A stretch of DNA of 60,393 bases, counting the filler. It is 5 parts of 5 records of this genome, joined end to end, with 100 filler letters (N's around TTAATTAATTAA, not from the genome) between each part and the next. Parts side by side here need not be neighbours in the genome. Positions count along the whole stretch, not along the records: positions 1 to 13,650 come from SRR20825019_1493; positions 13,751 to 26,369 come from SRR20825019_1497; 3 more parts are not named here. One strand, written 5' to 3'. Under the pieces are notes generated by a model. That model was not told the origin of the DNA. It saw nothing but the letters and a program-made list of their open reading frames with translations, and made no database searches. Positions 11,060 to 21,234 of the stretch are shown here, one piece after another (position 1 is the stretch's first letter; every line of letters begins with the position of its first letter). The translations under genes were made by a program, and so were the position numbers.

Positions 11060-11065
11060 ATCCTG

Positions 11066-13531
11066 TTGAAAAAATCTACCCTATTTTATGTGCTTTTTAC
11101 TTGTTTTTCATACCAAGTATCTGCTCAAACCGCAACCGTTCAAGGTATTATTTTAGATGATGCCAAAACACCAATTTTAGGAGTAAACATTAGCTCTAGT
11201 AATAATGGAACAGAAACCGACATAAACGGAACTTATAGTTTAAAAATTCCATCAAACCAAGATGTAGAAATTACGTATTCTCACGTTGGATTTAAAAACA
11301 TTAAAATCACTGTTAATTTAACTAGTGGAGATATTTATGAATTTAATCCACTCTTTAAAACAGACATTGAGCAAATTTCTGAAGTCATCATTAAAACTGG
11401 ACAGCGTCAACGTGTTGAAGGTATTGTTACCTTAGCACCAGAAACTATTCGAAAAATTCCTGGAGCTAACGCAGGTGTAGAGACTTTACTTAAACTTTTA
11501 CCAGGTGTAAGCAATAATAATGAGCTATCTACACAATATGCTGTGCGAGGCGGTAATTATGATGAAAACTTAGTTTATGTAAACGAAATTGAAGTTTATA
11601 GACCATTTTTAATTAGAAGCGGACAACAAGAAGGTCTTTCTTTCGTGAATACAGATTTAGTAAGAAATGTTGAATTTTCAGCAGGAGGCTTTCAAGCAAA
11701 GTATGGAGACAAATTATCTTCTGTATTAGATATTACCTACAGAAGACCTGTAGATTTTGGAGCATCTTTAGAAGCCTCTTTATTAGGTGGAAGTATTTCT
11801 GTTGAAGGAATTTCAAAAGATGATAAATTTTCAGGTATTGTAGGATTAAGATATAGAGACAATGGATTATTTGTTAACTCCAGAGAAACGGAGACTAATT
11901 ACAGAGCAGGATTTGCTGATGCTCAAACATTTCTTAGCTACAGAGTAACAGATAAATTTGAATTGGGCTTTTTAGGTAATGTTTCAGTTAATGATTACAA
12001 TTTTGAGCCTCAAGCTAGACAAACCAATTTCGGGACGCTGCAAGACCCTTTAGCATTAGTTGTATTTTACGATGGTCAAGAAGAAGATCGCTACGAAACC
12101 TATTTTGGAGCGCTCAAAGCTACATATGACGTTTCAGACAATTATACCGCAAAACTCATTGCCTCAACCTACAACACCCAAGAACAAGAGCATTTTGACA
12201 TATTTGCAGAATATAGATTAGGTGTTCCTAATACTGATATTGGGAGCGAAGATTTAGGCGAGGTTGAGTTTACCAGAGCAGCCGGATCACAGCTTACACA
12301 TGCAAGAAATGATCTTGATGCACTAATTTTCAATTTAGAGCATAAAGGAACAATCTCTATCAATGATCACTTAATAGATTATGGTATCAAGTATACTCAT
12401 GAAGATATTAGAGACAGACAAGAAGAATACGAAGTAGTAGACTCTGCTGGCTTTTCAATAAGACCACCCTTTTCAGACTTTGCAAACGACCAACCATATC
12501 AAGCTTTTGACGCACCTTTAGCACCTTACTCAAGTGTGAGAGCATTTAACGAAACACAGATTGATAGGATACAAGCATACGCACAATATGGCAACAAAAC
12601 TGTAATAGGTAATACTGAAATCTTTTACAACCTTGGTATTAGAGCACACCAATGGACTGTTAATGACAACCTAACAAACACAACTGAAAGCCAAGCAGTG
12701 ATAAGTCCTAGAGCACAATTTGCGGTTAAGCCCGATTGGGAAAAGGATATAATATTTAGAATTACCGGAGGACTATATCATCAACCTCCTTTCTATAGAG
12801 AGCTGCGGGACTCTACAGGGACTGTAAGACCAAATGTAAAAGCACAACAGAGTGTTCACCTAGTATTAGGTAATGATTATAGCTTTAAGCTCTGGAACCG
12901 CCCATTTAAACTTGTAAGCGAACTTTACTATAAGAGTATTACAGATGTAAACCCATACACAATTGAAAACGTAAGGATAAGGTATGCAGCTAATAATAAT
13001 GCAAAAGCATATGCTTATGGGTTAGATATGCGCTTAAACGGTGAGTTTGTTCCTGGCACAGAAAGTTGGGTTAGTTTTGGGTACCTTAAAACTGAAGAGA
13101 ACATAAATGACAGAGGTTATATTGCAAGGCCTACAGATCAACGTTTAAAGTTTGGCGTACTACTTCAAGATTATGTTCCAAGAATACCAAGTTTAAAAAT
13201 GTATTTAAATTTAGTTTACAATACAGGACTACCCGGAGGCTCTCCCAACTATGCAGACCCTTATGATTTTCAAACCCGTCTAAGAGACTATAAAAGGGCA
13301 GATCTAGGGATATTCTATGTACTTGCAGATCAAAATAAAACTTTCAGTAAAGGTCATTGGCTACACCCTTTTAAGGAACTTACTCTTGGTTTTGAAATCT
13401 TCAACATATTCGATGTTCAAAATTCAATAACAAATACATTTGTAAGAGATGCTAGCACACAACAACAATTTGCAATTCCAAATTTTTTAACACCTAGAAT
13501 TTTTAATTTAAAGCTCGGAATGAGACTCTAG
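11066..13531 (+). CDS. TonB-dependent receptor with carboxypeptidase-regulatory-like N-domain
   Basis: Signal peptide, plug motif VRGGNYDENLVYVN, FSAGGFQAKYGDKLSSVLDI, beta-barrel C-terminus; TTG start. Confidence 0.88.
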   Translation: MKKSTLFYVLFTCFSYQVSAQTATVQGIILDDAKTPILGVNISSSNNGTETDINGTYSLKIPSNQDVEITYSHVGFKNIKITVNLTSGDIYEFNPLFKTDIEQISEVIIKTGQRQRVEGIVTLAPETIRKIPGANAGVETLLKLLPGVSNNNELSTQYAVRGGNYDENLVYVNEIEVYRPFLIRSGQQEGLSFVNTDLVRNVEFSAGGFQAKYGDKLSSVLDITYRRPVDFGASLEASLLGGSISVEGISKDDKFSGIVGLRYRDNGLFVNSRETETNYRAGFADAQTFLSYRVTDKFELGFLGNVSVNDYNFEPQARQTNFGTLQDPLALVVFYDGQEEDRYETYFGALKATYDVSDNYTAKLIASTYNTQEQEHFDIFAEYRLGVPNTDIGSEDLGEVEFTRAAGSQLTHARNDLDALIFNLEHKGTISINDHLIDYGIKYTHEDIRDRQEEYEVVDSAGFSIRPPFSDFANDQPYQAFDAPLAPYSSVRAFNETQIDRIQAYAQYGNKTVIGNTEIFYNLGIRAHQWTVNDNLTNTTESQAVISPRAQFAVKPDWEKDIIFRITGGLYHQPPFYRELRDSTGTVRPNVKAQQSVHLVLGNDYSFKLWNRPFKLVSELYYKSITDVNPYTIENVRIRYAANNNAKAYAYGLDMRLNGEFVPGTESWVSFGYLKTEENINDRGYIARPTDQRLKFGVLLQDYVPRIPSLKMYLNLVYNTGLPGGSPNYADPYDFQTRLRDYKRADLGIFYVLADQNKTFSKGHWLHPFKELTLGFEIFNIFDVQNSITNTFVRDASTQQQFAIPNFLTPRIFNLKLGMRL

Positions 13532-13554
13532 AAAAATTAAACGTTTATAAAACT

Positions 13555-13588
13555 AAAAAAACCACATCTTTCGATGTGGTTTTTTTTT
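13555..13588. terminator. Bidirectional intrinsic terminator
   Basis: AAAAAA-ACCACATC-TTTC-GATGTGGT-TTTTTTTT between the convergent TBDR and tRNA genes. Confidence 0.85.
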
Positions 13589-13595
13589 AATTCTG

Positions 13596-13650
13596 TGGGC
13601 GCAGAGGGATTCGAACCCCCGACCCCTTGGGTGTAAACCAAGTGCTCTGA
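13596..13650 (-). tRNA. tRNA-Val(TAC), 5' end cut by the contig edge
   Basis: Reverse complement: ...CTTGG-TTTACAC-CCAAG GGGTC GGGGGTTCGAATCCCTC TGCGCCCA; anticodon TAC, T-loop GTTCGAATC. Confidence 0.92.
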
Positions 13651-13750
13651 NNNNNNNNNNNNNNNNNNNNNNNNNNNNNNNNNNNNNNNNNNNNTTAATT
13701 AATTAANNNNNNNNNNNNNNNNNNNNNNNNNNNNNNNNNNNNNNNNNNNN
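13651..13750. other. Artificial contig spacer N44-TTAATTAATTAA-N44
   Basis: Identical 100-nt linker occurs four times; the core gives stops in all six frames. Confidence 0.98.
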
Positions 13751-13751
13751 T

Positions 13752-13976
<225 letters not shown>

Positions 13977-13986
13977 ATTATAAAAC

Positions 13987-14014
13987 ATAGGCGACCAGAT
14001 TATTGGTCGCCTAT
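13987..14014. terminator. Hairpin between convergent genes, overlapping the DUF2007 stop
   Basis: ATAGGCGACCA-GATTAT-TGGTCGCCTAT, perfect 11-bp stem followed by TTCTTT. Confidence 0.7.
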
Positions 14015-14233
14015 TTCTTTTAGGTATTCATCGATTGTACTTTTTGCTTTTTCCATCTCATCGTCTCTTATAAAAACCATTGTTTGGTTTGCAATACTCA
14101 TTGTAAAGCCAGCTTTCAAGCTACTTTCATGATCGTTTCGCTCTATTGGGCTAATGCCAATTTCATTTAAACGAGCTACCAAACCCTTTGCTATTAAGGA
14201 AGGTCCAGTGTAAATTCTTTTTGATTCAGACAT
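14000..14233 (-). CDS. DUF2007 / putative signal-transducing small protein
   Basis: IYTGPSLIAKGLVARLNEIGI...VFIRDDEMEKAK pattern. Confidence 0.7.
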   Translation of the reverse strand: MSESKRIYTGPSLIAKGLVARLNEIGISPIERNDHESSLKAGFTMSIANQTMVFIRDDEMEKAKSTIDEYLKEIGDQ

Positions 14234-14505
14234 ATTTTATTTGATGTTTTCAATAGTTTAAAATTACATTTAAAAAAAATAACTCAGACCATTTCAACCT
14301 TAATTAAAGCAATTTAATGTCGCTTAATTCAATTTTAGGGGTAAATAGTTCACGAAAATTATTTCAAAATAAATTTACACAGTACAATTAAGGAAAACAA
14401 CTATTTAACACAGTTTACTATAAATTTTAAATAAACCAGCGTCTTTTACGTTAAAGAGATTATTGGCTTTGTATTTGCTATATTTACAATCTTAATACTT
14501 TTTTT

Positions 14506-15084
14506 ATGCAACTTAAAAATACAATTTTATTACTTTTTGTTATTGGTTTAGGAACTACAGTTACTGCCCAAAAATACAGTTCAATTAATAAAAAGGAAAT
14601 AACAAAAGAGTGGGAGAGCGCTACTTTTTCTTCAAAAAAGACTTTTGCTGAAAATATTTCCGAAGTGCCAGAATTTGAAATTTTATCAAAATTATTAAAG
14701 AATGAATCATTGCGATTGACTATAGAAAAAGAAGAAATGGTAACCATTTTTGCTTTTACAGACGCAACATTATTAAAGTTCTCAAAGAAAAAAAGAGACT
14801 CTATTTTAAGCAAAACAAAACAGATGAATGCGATGGTTAAATATCTAGCGGTACCAGGCAGAGTAGATAGTTATAGCTTGAGAAGCGCAATAAATAAAGC
14901 AAATGGAACTACTTATTTAAAAACACTAGATGGACAAAAATTGGGTGTTAAAGAAGTAGAAGGACAACTCCAGATTATAGATGCAGATAATAGAAAAGCT
15001 ATAGTTATTGCTTCAGATTTTAATCACAAAAACGGATTCTTTCATATTATAGAAGGTTTAATTTTTCCTAGCGCCGAAGAATAA
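14506..15084 (+). CDS. Fasciclin (FAS1) domain protein, divergent
   Basis: Signal peptide, TIFAFTDA (H1) and NGFFHIIEGLI (H2) motifs. Confidence 0.8.
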   Translation: MQLKNTILLLFVIGLGTTVTAQKYSSINKKEITKEWESATFSSKKTFAENISEVPEFEILSKLLKNESLRLTIEKEEMVTIFAFTDATLLKFSKKKRDSILSKTKQMNAMVKYLAVPGRVDSYSLRSAINKANGTTYLKTLDGQKLGVKEVEGQLQIIDADNRKAIVIASDFNHKNGFFHIIEGLIFPSAEE

Positions 15085-15186
15085 TTTCATAAAAGTTAAA
15101 AAAAGCTTAAAGTCCGGAAATTGCAAAACCGCAATCTCCGGACTTTCGTTTATATGCACATAAAATATAAACTTAAATACATTATT

Positions 15187-15765
15187 ATGAAATCAAAAAT
15201 CTTTACAGCAGCATTATTTTCAATAGCCCTAATGGCTGGAACATCATCAATTTTTGCACAAAGTAAAATGATGAACGATGAAAAAACAGTTTTAGTTGGT
15301 GGTGCAGCTATGTATCCAAGTAAAAATATTGTTGAAAACGCAGTAAATTCAAAAGACCACACTACTTTGGTAGCAGCGGTAAAAGCAGCAGATTTAGTAG
15401 AAACACTTCAAAGTGAAGGACCATTTACAGTTTTTGCCCCAACCAACGCAGCTTTTGATAATCTTCCAAAAGGAACCGTTGAAACGTTGGTAAAACCAGA
15501 GAATAAAGCAAAATTACAATCTATCCTTACTTATCACGTACTTGCAGGAAACCATAGCGCAGCCACGATTATGAAAGCTATAAAAGAAGGAAATGGAAAA
15601 GCAACCTATACAACTGTTAATGGAGGTATTTTAACTGCAATCATGAAAGGTAAAAAAGTAATGCTTATGGATGAAAACGGCGGAATGGCAACCATTACCA
15701 TTGCAGACGTAAACCAATCTAACGGTGTTATCCATGTAATTGATAGCGTAGTATTACCTAAATAA
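15187..15765 (+). CDS. Fasciclin (FAS1) domain protein
   Basis: GPFTVFAPTNAAF, ILTYHV, SNGVIHVIDSVVLP; ATG at 15187 gives a proper signal peptide. Confidence 0.93.
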   Translation: MKSKIFTAALFSIALMAGTSSIFAQSKMMNDEKTVLVGGAAMYPSKNIVENAVNSKDHTTLVAAVKAADLVETLQSEGPFTVFAPTNAAFDNLPKGTVETLVKPENKAKLQSILTYHVLAGNHSAATIMKAIKEGNGKATYTTVNGGILTAIMKGKKVMLMDENGGMATITIADVNQSNGVIHVIDSVVLPK

Positions 15766-15793
15766 ACTTATAGAACTTTGCCAATATTATAAT

Positions 15794-15821
15794 AAAAACA
15801 GCGACCTAAGTCGCTGTTTTT
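15794..15821. terminator. Bidirectional intrinsic terminator
   Basis: AAAAACAGCGAC-CTAA-GTCGCTGTTTTT. Confidence 0.85.
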
Positions 15822-15841
15822 ATGTTTTTAAGAAGTTTTAA

Positions 15842-18268
15842 TTATCTAAGAATAGCCCCAAATTCAGTTTCGAACTTTTGTTGAAGCTTTTTCATTATTT
15901 TATCAATCTGCTTGTCGGTTAATGTTTTTTCCTTGTCTTGAATTGTAAAGCTTAGCGCGTAGCTTTTTTTACCTTCAGGAAGGTTTTTACCTTTATAAAC
16001 ATCAAACAAAGTAACAGATTTTAAAAGTTTTTTCTCGGTGCTAAATGCCGCTTCCTTCAAAGCTCCGAAACCTATTGAATCGTCAAGTAACAATGCAAAA
16101 TCACGTTGTGCGGCCTGAAATTTTGCAATTGGTTTTAGTTTGAAATTTTTAATTGGAATTTGTTTTAATACAGCATCCCAATTAAAATCTGCATAGAATA
16201 CTTCTGTATCTACACCAAGTTCCGTTGTAATTTTTTTATTAACGATTCCTAATTCAACAATTACTTCCTTGTTTCTTCTTAAGGCGATTGCTTCTGAAAA
16301 AATATCATTTTCAGTAGCTTCTTCAGTGTATTCATCAAGCCCTAACCGATTCATTAAAGCAATTACAGTTCCTTTTCCAAAAAAGAAATCACTTTGTGTG
16401 TTTGCTGTTGCCCAGTTTGCTTCAGCCTTTAAACCTGTAATGAAAAGCGAAAGATGCTTGGTTTCCATGCGTCCACCAGGTAAATTATGATAAGTTTTCC
16501 CGAATTCAAATAACTTTATATTACTATTTTTTCGATTATTATTATATTCTATAGCTTCTAAACCTGAAAACAACATAGATTGACGCATAACTGAAAGATC
16601 CTGACTAAGCGGATTAATCATCGTGACGTTGTAGTTTTCTTTAATAAACTCACTCAACTCGCTATATTTAGGTGATGTTAAAGAGTTGTTTAGCATTTCG
16701 TTAAAGCCAATTCCCGTTAGTTGAAGTGCTATTTTATTTTGAACCCCATAATCCTCTCCAGGTAAAACTGTAGAAATTGAGGCATTCAATTTTTGAGTGA
16801 ATTTTACATTATTATACCCATACACACGAAGAATTTCTTCAATAACATCTACATCTCTGGTAACGTCGTTTCGATATGCAGGAATGGTCATTCCAATCCC
16901 AGTTTCGGTAATGTTATTAACCTTCATTTCAAGCGCAGTAAGTATTTCCTTAATGGTTTCTTTTGGAATTTCTTCACCAATTAGCTTATCTGCTTTTTCA
17001 AAATTTAAGAAAACTTGATGGTCTTCAATTTTCTTAGGGTACACATCAATTAATTCACTAGTTATTTGTCCGCCAGCAAGCTGTACAATTAATATTGCTG
17101 CATAGCGAAGCACATAATCTGTGACATTTGGATCGATTCCTCTTTCAAAACGGAAAGAAGCATCTGTACTTAAACCATGACGTTTAGCCGTCTTACGAAC
17201 ACTTACTGGATTAAAATATGCGCTTTCTAAGAAAATACTTGTTGTTTCTGCTGTGACACCACTATTTAATCCGCCAAAAACACCTGCAATACACAATGGT
17301 TTTTCAGCATCACAAATCATTAAATCTTCTTCGTGAAGCTCGCGTTCAACTCCGTCAAGGGTTTTAAATTTTGTCCCCGAAGGCAAGGTTTTTACATTAA
17401 TTATATTACCAGAAATCTTTGAAGCATCAAAAGCATGAAGTGGTTGCCCAAGCTCATGAAGCACATAATTAGTAACATCCACAATATTATTTATAGGTGT
17501 AAGCCCAATTGCTTTCAGCCTATTTTGAATCCAAACTGGAGACGGTCCTACTTTCAAATTGCTAATCGTAATACCGCAATATCGTGGTGCAAGTGTACTG
17601 TTTTTAACATGAACATCAATCTTTAGAGTACGGCTATCAATTCTAAAACTACTTGTAGAAGGCGTATTAAGCTTTGTTGAAATACCTTGATGAAGCAATC
17701 CAGCTTTTAAATCGCGTGCTACACCCCAATGGCTCATGGCATCAGCGCGGTTTGGCGTAAGTCCGATTTCAAAAACTTTATCGTTTTCAATTTCAAGAAC
17801 TTTAGAAAGAGGCGTACCAGGTTTTAGTTTGGCATCAAGAACCATAATCCCTTCGTGCGATTTTCCTATGCCTAATTCGTCCTCAGCGCAAATCATTCCT
17901 TCACTAACTTCACCACGAATTTTTCCTTTATTTATTTGCCAAGGTTTCTCCTCAGCATCATAAAGTGTAGTGCCTACAGTTGCTACAGGTACTTTTTGAC
18001 CCACCGCTACGTTTGGTGCGCCGCAAACTATTTGTATTGGTTCGCCCGTGCCAACATCAACTTTAGTTACTTTTAATCGGTCGGCATTGGTGTGTTGTTC
18101 ACATTCCAAAACGTGACCTACAACAACGCCTTCTAGTCCTCCTTTTACAGATGAAAAATCTTCTATTCCTTCTACTTCAAGACCGAGATCTGTCAATAAT
18201 TCGCCCGTTTTTTCAGCGTCCCAAGGAAGGTTGATAAATTGTTTTAACCAGTTGTATGAAATAGTCAT
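15842..18268 (-). CDS. pheT: Phenylalanine-tRNA ligase beta subunit
   Basis: ISYNWLK start, IVCGAPNV, LTPNRAD, RFERG, FDX-ACB C-terminus; ATG at 18268. Confidence 0.97.
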   Translation of the reverse strand: MTISYNWLKQFINLPWDAEKTGELLTDLGLEVEGIEDFSSVKGGLEGVVVGHVLECEQHTNADRLKVTKVDVGTGEPIQIVCGAPNVAVGQKVPVATVGTTLYDAEEKPWQINKGKIRGEVSEGMICAEDELGIGKSHEGIMVLDAKLKPGTPLSKVLEIENDKVFEIGLTPNRADAMSHWGVARDLKAGLLHQGISTKLNTPSTSSFRIDSRTLKIDVHVKNSTLAPRYCGITISNLKVGPSPVWIQNRLKAIGLTPINNIVDVTNYVLHELGQPLHAFDASKISGNIINVKTLPSGTKFKTLDGVERELHEEDLMICDAEKPLCIAGVFGGLNSGVTAETTSIFLESAYFNPVSVRKTAKRHGLSTDASFRFERGIDPNVTDYVLRYAAILIVQLAGGQITSELIDVYPKKIEDHQVFLNFEKADKLIGEEIPKETIKEILTALEMKVNNITETGIGMTIPAYRNDVTRDVDVIEEILRVYGYNNVKFTQKLNASISTVLPGEDYGVQNKIALQLTGIGFNEMLNNSLTSPKYSELSEFIKENYNVTMINPLSQDLSVMRQSMLFSGLEAIEYNNNRKNSNIKLFEFGKTYHNLPGGRMETKHLSLFITGLKAEANWATANTQSDFFFGKGTVIALMNRLGLDEYTEEATENDIFSEAIALRRNKEVIVELGIVNKKITTELGVDTEVFYADFNWDAVLKQIPIKNFKLKPIAKFQAAQRDFALLLDDSIGFGALKEAAFSTEKKLLKSVTLFDVYKGKNLPEGKKSYALSFTIQDKEKTLTDKQIDKIMKKLQQKFETEFGAILR

Positions 18269-18302
18269 ATGTGTAAAAATCTTAACAGTGGGCAAAGATA
18301 CT

Positions 18303-18344
18303 ATTTACGATTTTAGATTTACGAGTTTGGATTTACGAATTTTC
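18303..18344. repeat. Heptamer tandem repeat, 3 x (ATTTACG + ANTTTNN)
   Basis: ATTTACG ATTTTAG ATTTACG AGTTTGG ATTTACG AATTTTC, abutting the pheT -7 box (18293-18300). Confidence 0.75.
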
Positions 18345-18396
18345 ACGTGAATGAGGGAAAATATAAAAATTTAAGAAGGTTGTGTATGTAGACTAC

Positions 18397-19587
18397 TTAT
18401 TTTATAGACGTTGCTTTGGTTCCTATAAAATAAAATATCACAAAAGCTGTTGCAATCGCACTTACTAAGAAGGTAACATTTGCTCCAAAATAAAACCATA
18501 ATAACCCAGCCATAATACTCGCAAACATTGCCACAATACTCTGAAAAGCAGAATACGTTCCTACAGCCGTAGCTGTATTTTCGTCCTTAGAAATATTAGT
18601 TATCCATGCTTTGGAAATTCCTTCAGTAGCTGCTGCAAAAATACCATACCCAAAAAAGAGTGCTATAATTACATATGTATTTTCTGTAAGCCCCATACCA
18701 AAATAAACCAAACTGAAAATAACCAACCCAAAAACAAACATCTTTTTTAGCCCAATTTTATCTGCCATAACCCCCAAAGGATAGGCGGTAAGAGCATATA
18801 TTAAGTTGTAAAATATATAAATACCTATCACCCAAGTATCATCCAATCCTGCATCTTTTGCTTTCAGAAGTAAAAAAACATCACTACTGTTAAAGAGTGC
18901 AAAAAACAGTAAACCAAGAACTAATTTTCGATACTTTGAAGGACTCTTTTTCCAATAATCAATAAAGGAGAAGAACGATATTCTCTTCTTTTCAACTAAA
19001 ACGGTAGCTTTTTTATCTTTTAGAAGAAATGACGCAAAAATTGCCAAAACCCCTGGAATAAATGCAATATAAAAAAGGTTTATATAGTCTTCAGGGTAAA
19101 AATATAAATAGAGTAGTGCAAGCGCGGGACCAAAAACGGCTCCTAAAGTATCCATAGAACGATGAAAACCAAATACCCTTCCTTTATTTTCCTTTGTTGT
19201 TTCTGCTGAAAGCATCGCATCTCGCGCCCCAGTACGGATTCCTTTACCCAATCGATCTACTGTTCTTGCAAAGAATATCCACAACGGATAAACAAAAAAC
19301 GCCATCATAGGTTTTGAAAGCGCACTAAGCGAATATCCAAGCTGCACGAAAGGCGCACGTTTCGCTTTACTATCACTTAATTGCCCAAAATAACCTTTGC
19401 TTAGCCCAGCAATAGCTTCTACCAACCCTTCTAAAATACCTATCAAAAGAATTGAAAATCCTATGCTTTTAAGGTAAATAGGCATTATTGGGTACAACAT
19501 TTCACTCGCCATATCTGTAAACAGACTAACAAGTGAAAGGATCCAAACGGTTCGCGTGATGGGTTTCAAGGTTTTTAACATCTTCAC
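18397..19587 (-). CDS. MFS transporter
   Basis: About 12 TM segments, GQLSD, DRLGKGIRTGARDA, GVMADKIG. Confidence 0.9.
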   Translation of the reverse strand: MKMLKTLKPITRTVWILSLVSLFTDMASEMLYPIMPIYLKSIGFSILLIGILEGLVEAIAGLSKGYFGQLSDSKAKRAPFVQLGYSLSALSKPMMAFFVYPLWIFFARTVDRLGKGIRTGARDAMLSAETTKENKGRVFGFHRSMDTLGAVFGPALALLYLYFYPEDYINLFYIAFIPGVLAIFASFLLKDKKATVLVEKKRISFFSFIDYWKKSPSKYRKLVLGLLFFALFNSSDVFLLLKAKDAGLDDTWVIGIYIFYNLIYALTAYPLGVMADKIGLKKMFVFGLVIFSLVYFGMGLTENTYVIIALFFGYGIFAAATEGISKAWITNISKDENTATAVGTYSAFQSIVAMFASIMAGLLWFYFGANVTFLVSAIATAFVIFYFIGTKATSIK

Positions 19588-19675
19588 CTTAAAGATAATT
19601 CAATTTAGTATTCCCACATTGTTTTTAGTTCCTCTAATGAAGTGTTGCAATTTTAAAAATATAACATTCAAAACC

Positions 19676-20902
19676 TTAAGAACGTTTCAAATTCATAAAT
19701 CGCTGTAAAAGTGTAGGGTGCGAATAATGCGCAAACACATAAAGTGGATGCGGTGTAAGGTTGCTTAAACTGTTTTTAGAAAGTTTCTTTAACCCAGAAA
19801 TTAGTGGAGCAGCTGCATAGGTGTTTTTAGCATAATCATCGGCTTGGTATTCAAACTTTCTGCTTAAATAATTCATCACTAAGCCGGTAATACCTGAAAT
19901 TGGACTATATAAAACCCCAAATGCAACCAAACCAATATGAAATGAGGGCTGCGATACATTTAAAGCCTCTGAAAGCAACGGGTTTCCAATAAATAACGAT
20001 AACAACCAAAGGGTAAAACCTGTAGTTAATATTGCTGTAAAAAGATTTATAATGATATGATTACGTTTATAATGGCCAACTTCATGCGCAAGCACGGCTA
20101 CAATTTCCGCTTCGTCCAAATCTTTTATAAGTGTGTCATAAAGAGTTACTCTTTTTTCACTTCCAAAACCAGAAAAATACGCATTTGCTTTCGTACTTCG
20201 TTTACTACCGTCAATTACAAAAATTTTATCGAGCTTAAAACCCACTTTTGTCGCATATTGTTCTATTTCTTTCCGCAAAGAACCTTCTTCAAGTGGGGTT
20301 TGTTTATTAAACATCGGCACAATAAAGCGTGCATAAAAAAGATTCATCAATATAGTAAACACAGTAATGACTCCCCATGCATATAACCAAAAACTTTTTC
20401 CAGCACTTTGGTAAAACCAAATAATAGCACTTAAAATAATCCCCCCAATAACCGCTCCCATAAACCAACCTTTCAGTTTATCTAAAACAAAAGTTTTACG
20501 CGTAGTTTTATTAAAACCATACTTTTCCTCAATTACAAAAGTGCTGTAATAACTAAAAGGAGTACTAATAATATCGCTCGCTAGCATAATAATTCCGAAG
20601 AAAATAAGTGCAACACTAACCTCATTGTTTGAAAATGAACGAGCCAAACCATCCACATAAGCAAAACCATCTAAAAAGAAAAACAGAAGGGTTGCAATAA
20701 TGGAAACTGTAGCAGTTATAAACCCAAATCGAACGTTTTCTTTTTTATAACGTTGCGACTTTTTATACGCATCTTCATCAAAAACATCTTGTAACGCTTC
20801 TGGTAGCGGGTCGTTAAAGTGTTTTGCGTTTAAGTAATCCAATACTTGGTCAATACTAAAACTGATGATTAGGATTACTATTAGTATATTAAATAATGTC
20901 AT
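19676..20902 (-). CDS. M48 family (Ste24/HtpX-like) membrane metallopeptidase
   Basis: ANAYFSG, AHEVGH, SRKFEYQAD, HYSHP. Confidence 0.93.
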   Translation of the reverse strand: MTLFNILIVILIISFSIDQVLDYLNAKHFNDPLPEALQDVFDEDAYKKSQRYKKENVRFGFITATVSIIATLLFFFLDGFAYVDGLARSFSNNEVSVALIFFGIIMLASDIISTPFSYYSTFVIEEKYGFNKTTRKTFVLDKLKGWFMGAVIGGIILSAIIWFYQSAGKSFWLYAWGVITVFTILMNLFYARFIVPMFNKQTPLEEGSLRKEIEQYATKVGFKLDKIFVIDGSKRSTKANAYFSGFGSEKRVTLYDTLIKDLDEAEIVAVLAHEVGHYKRNHIIINLFTAILTTGFTLWLLSLFIGNPLLSEALNVSQPSFHIGLVAFGVLYSPISGITGLVMNYLSRKFEYQADDYAKNTYAAAPLISGLKKLSKNSLSNLTPHPLYVFAHYSHPTLLQRFMNLKRS

Positions 20903-20954
20903 TTAGTAATTTATAAATTGTAATGGTTAATTAATAGAAGTAGTAGCTTTTTGT

Positions 20955-21227
20955 ATTTTAAGCATCCCTCAATCGTCTCTCAACACTCCTTTTTGCTTCT
21001 TAAATACTCCACAATTGTTAGTAAACATATTGCAAAGCTCCTTTAGTTTCCCTCAAAGCTTTTTTCACTTCACTTAGTGCTCATTTCATTTTCTTCAAAG
21101 TCATTTTCACTTCACGCAAAGCCCTTTTCATTTCCTTCAAAGCTATTTTCACTTCACTTTTTGCGCTTTTCACTTCCTGCAAAGGCATTTTTACTTCCCT
21201 TTTTGGTCTTTTAATCTTCGGTAAGTG
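20955..21227 (-). repeat. Degenerate 21-bp tandem repeat (about 13 units) encoding heptads, interrupted by stops
   Basis: One frame reads PKREVKM PLQEVKS AKSEVKI ALKEMKR ALREVKM TLKKMK* ALSEVKK ALRETKG ALQYVY* ... Confidence 0.8.
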
Positions 21228-21234
21228 TTTTTTG

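Noticed and set aside
20955-21227. CRISPR array
   Set aside because: Contiguous degenerate units without unique spacers; no cas genes
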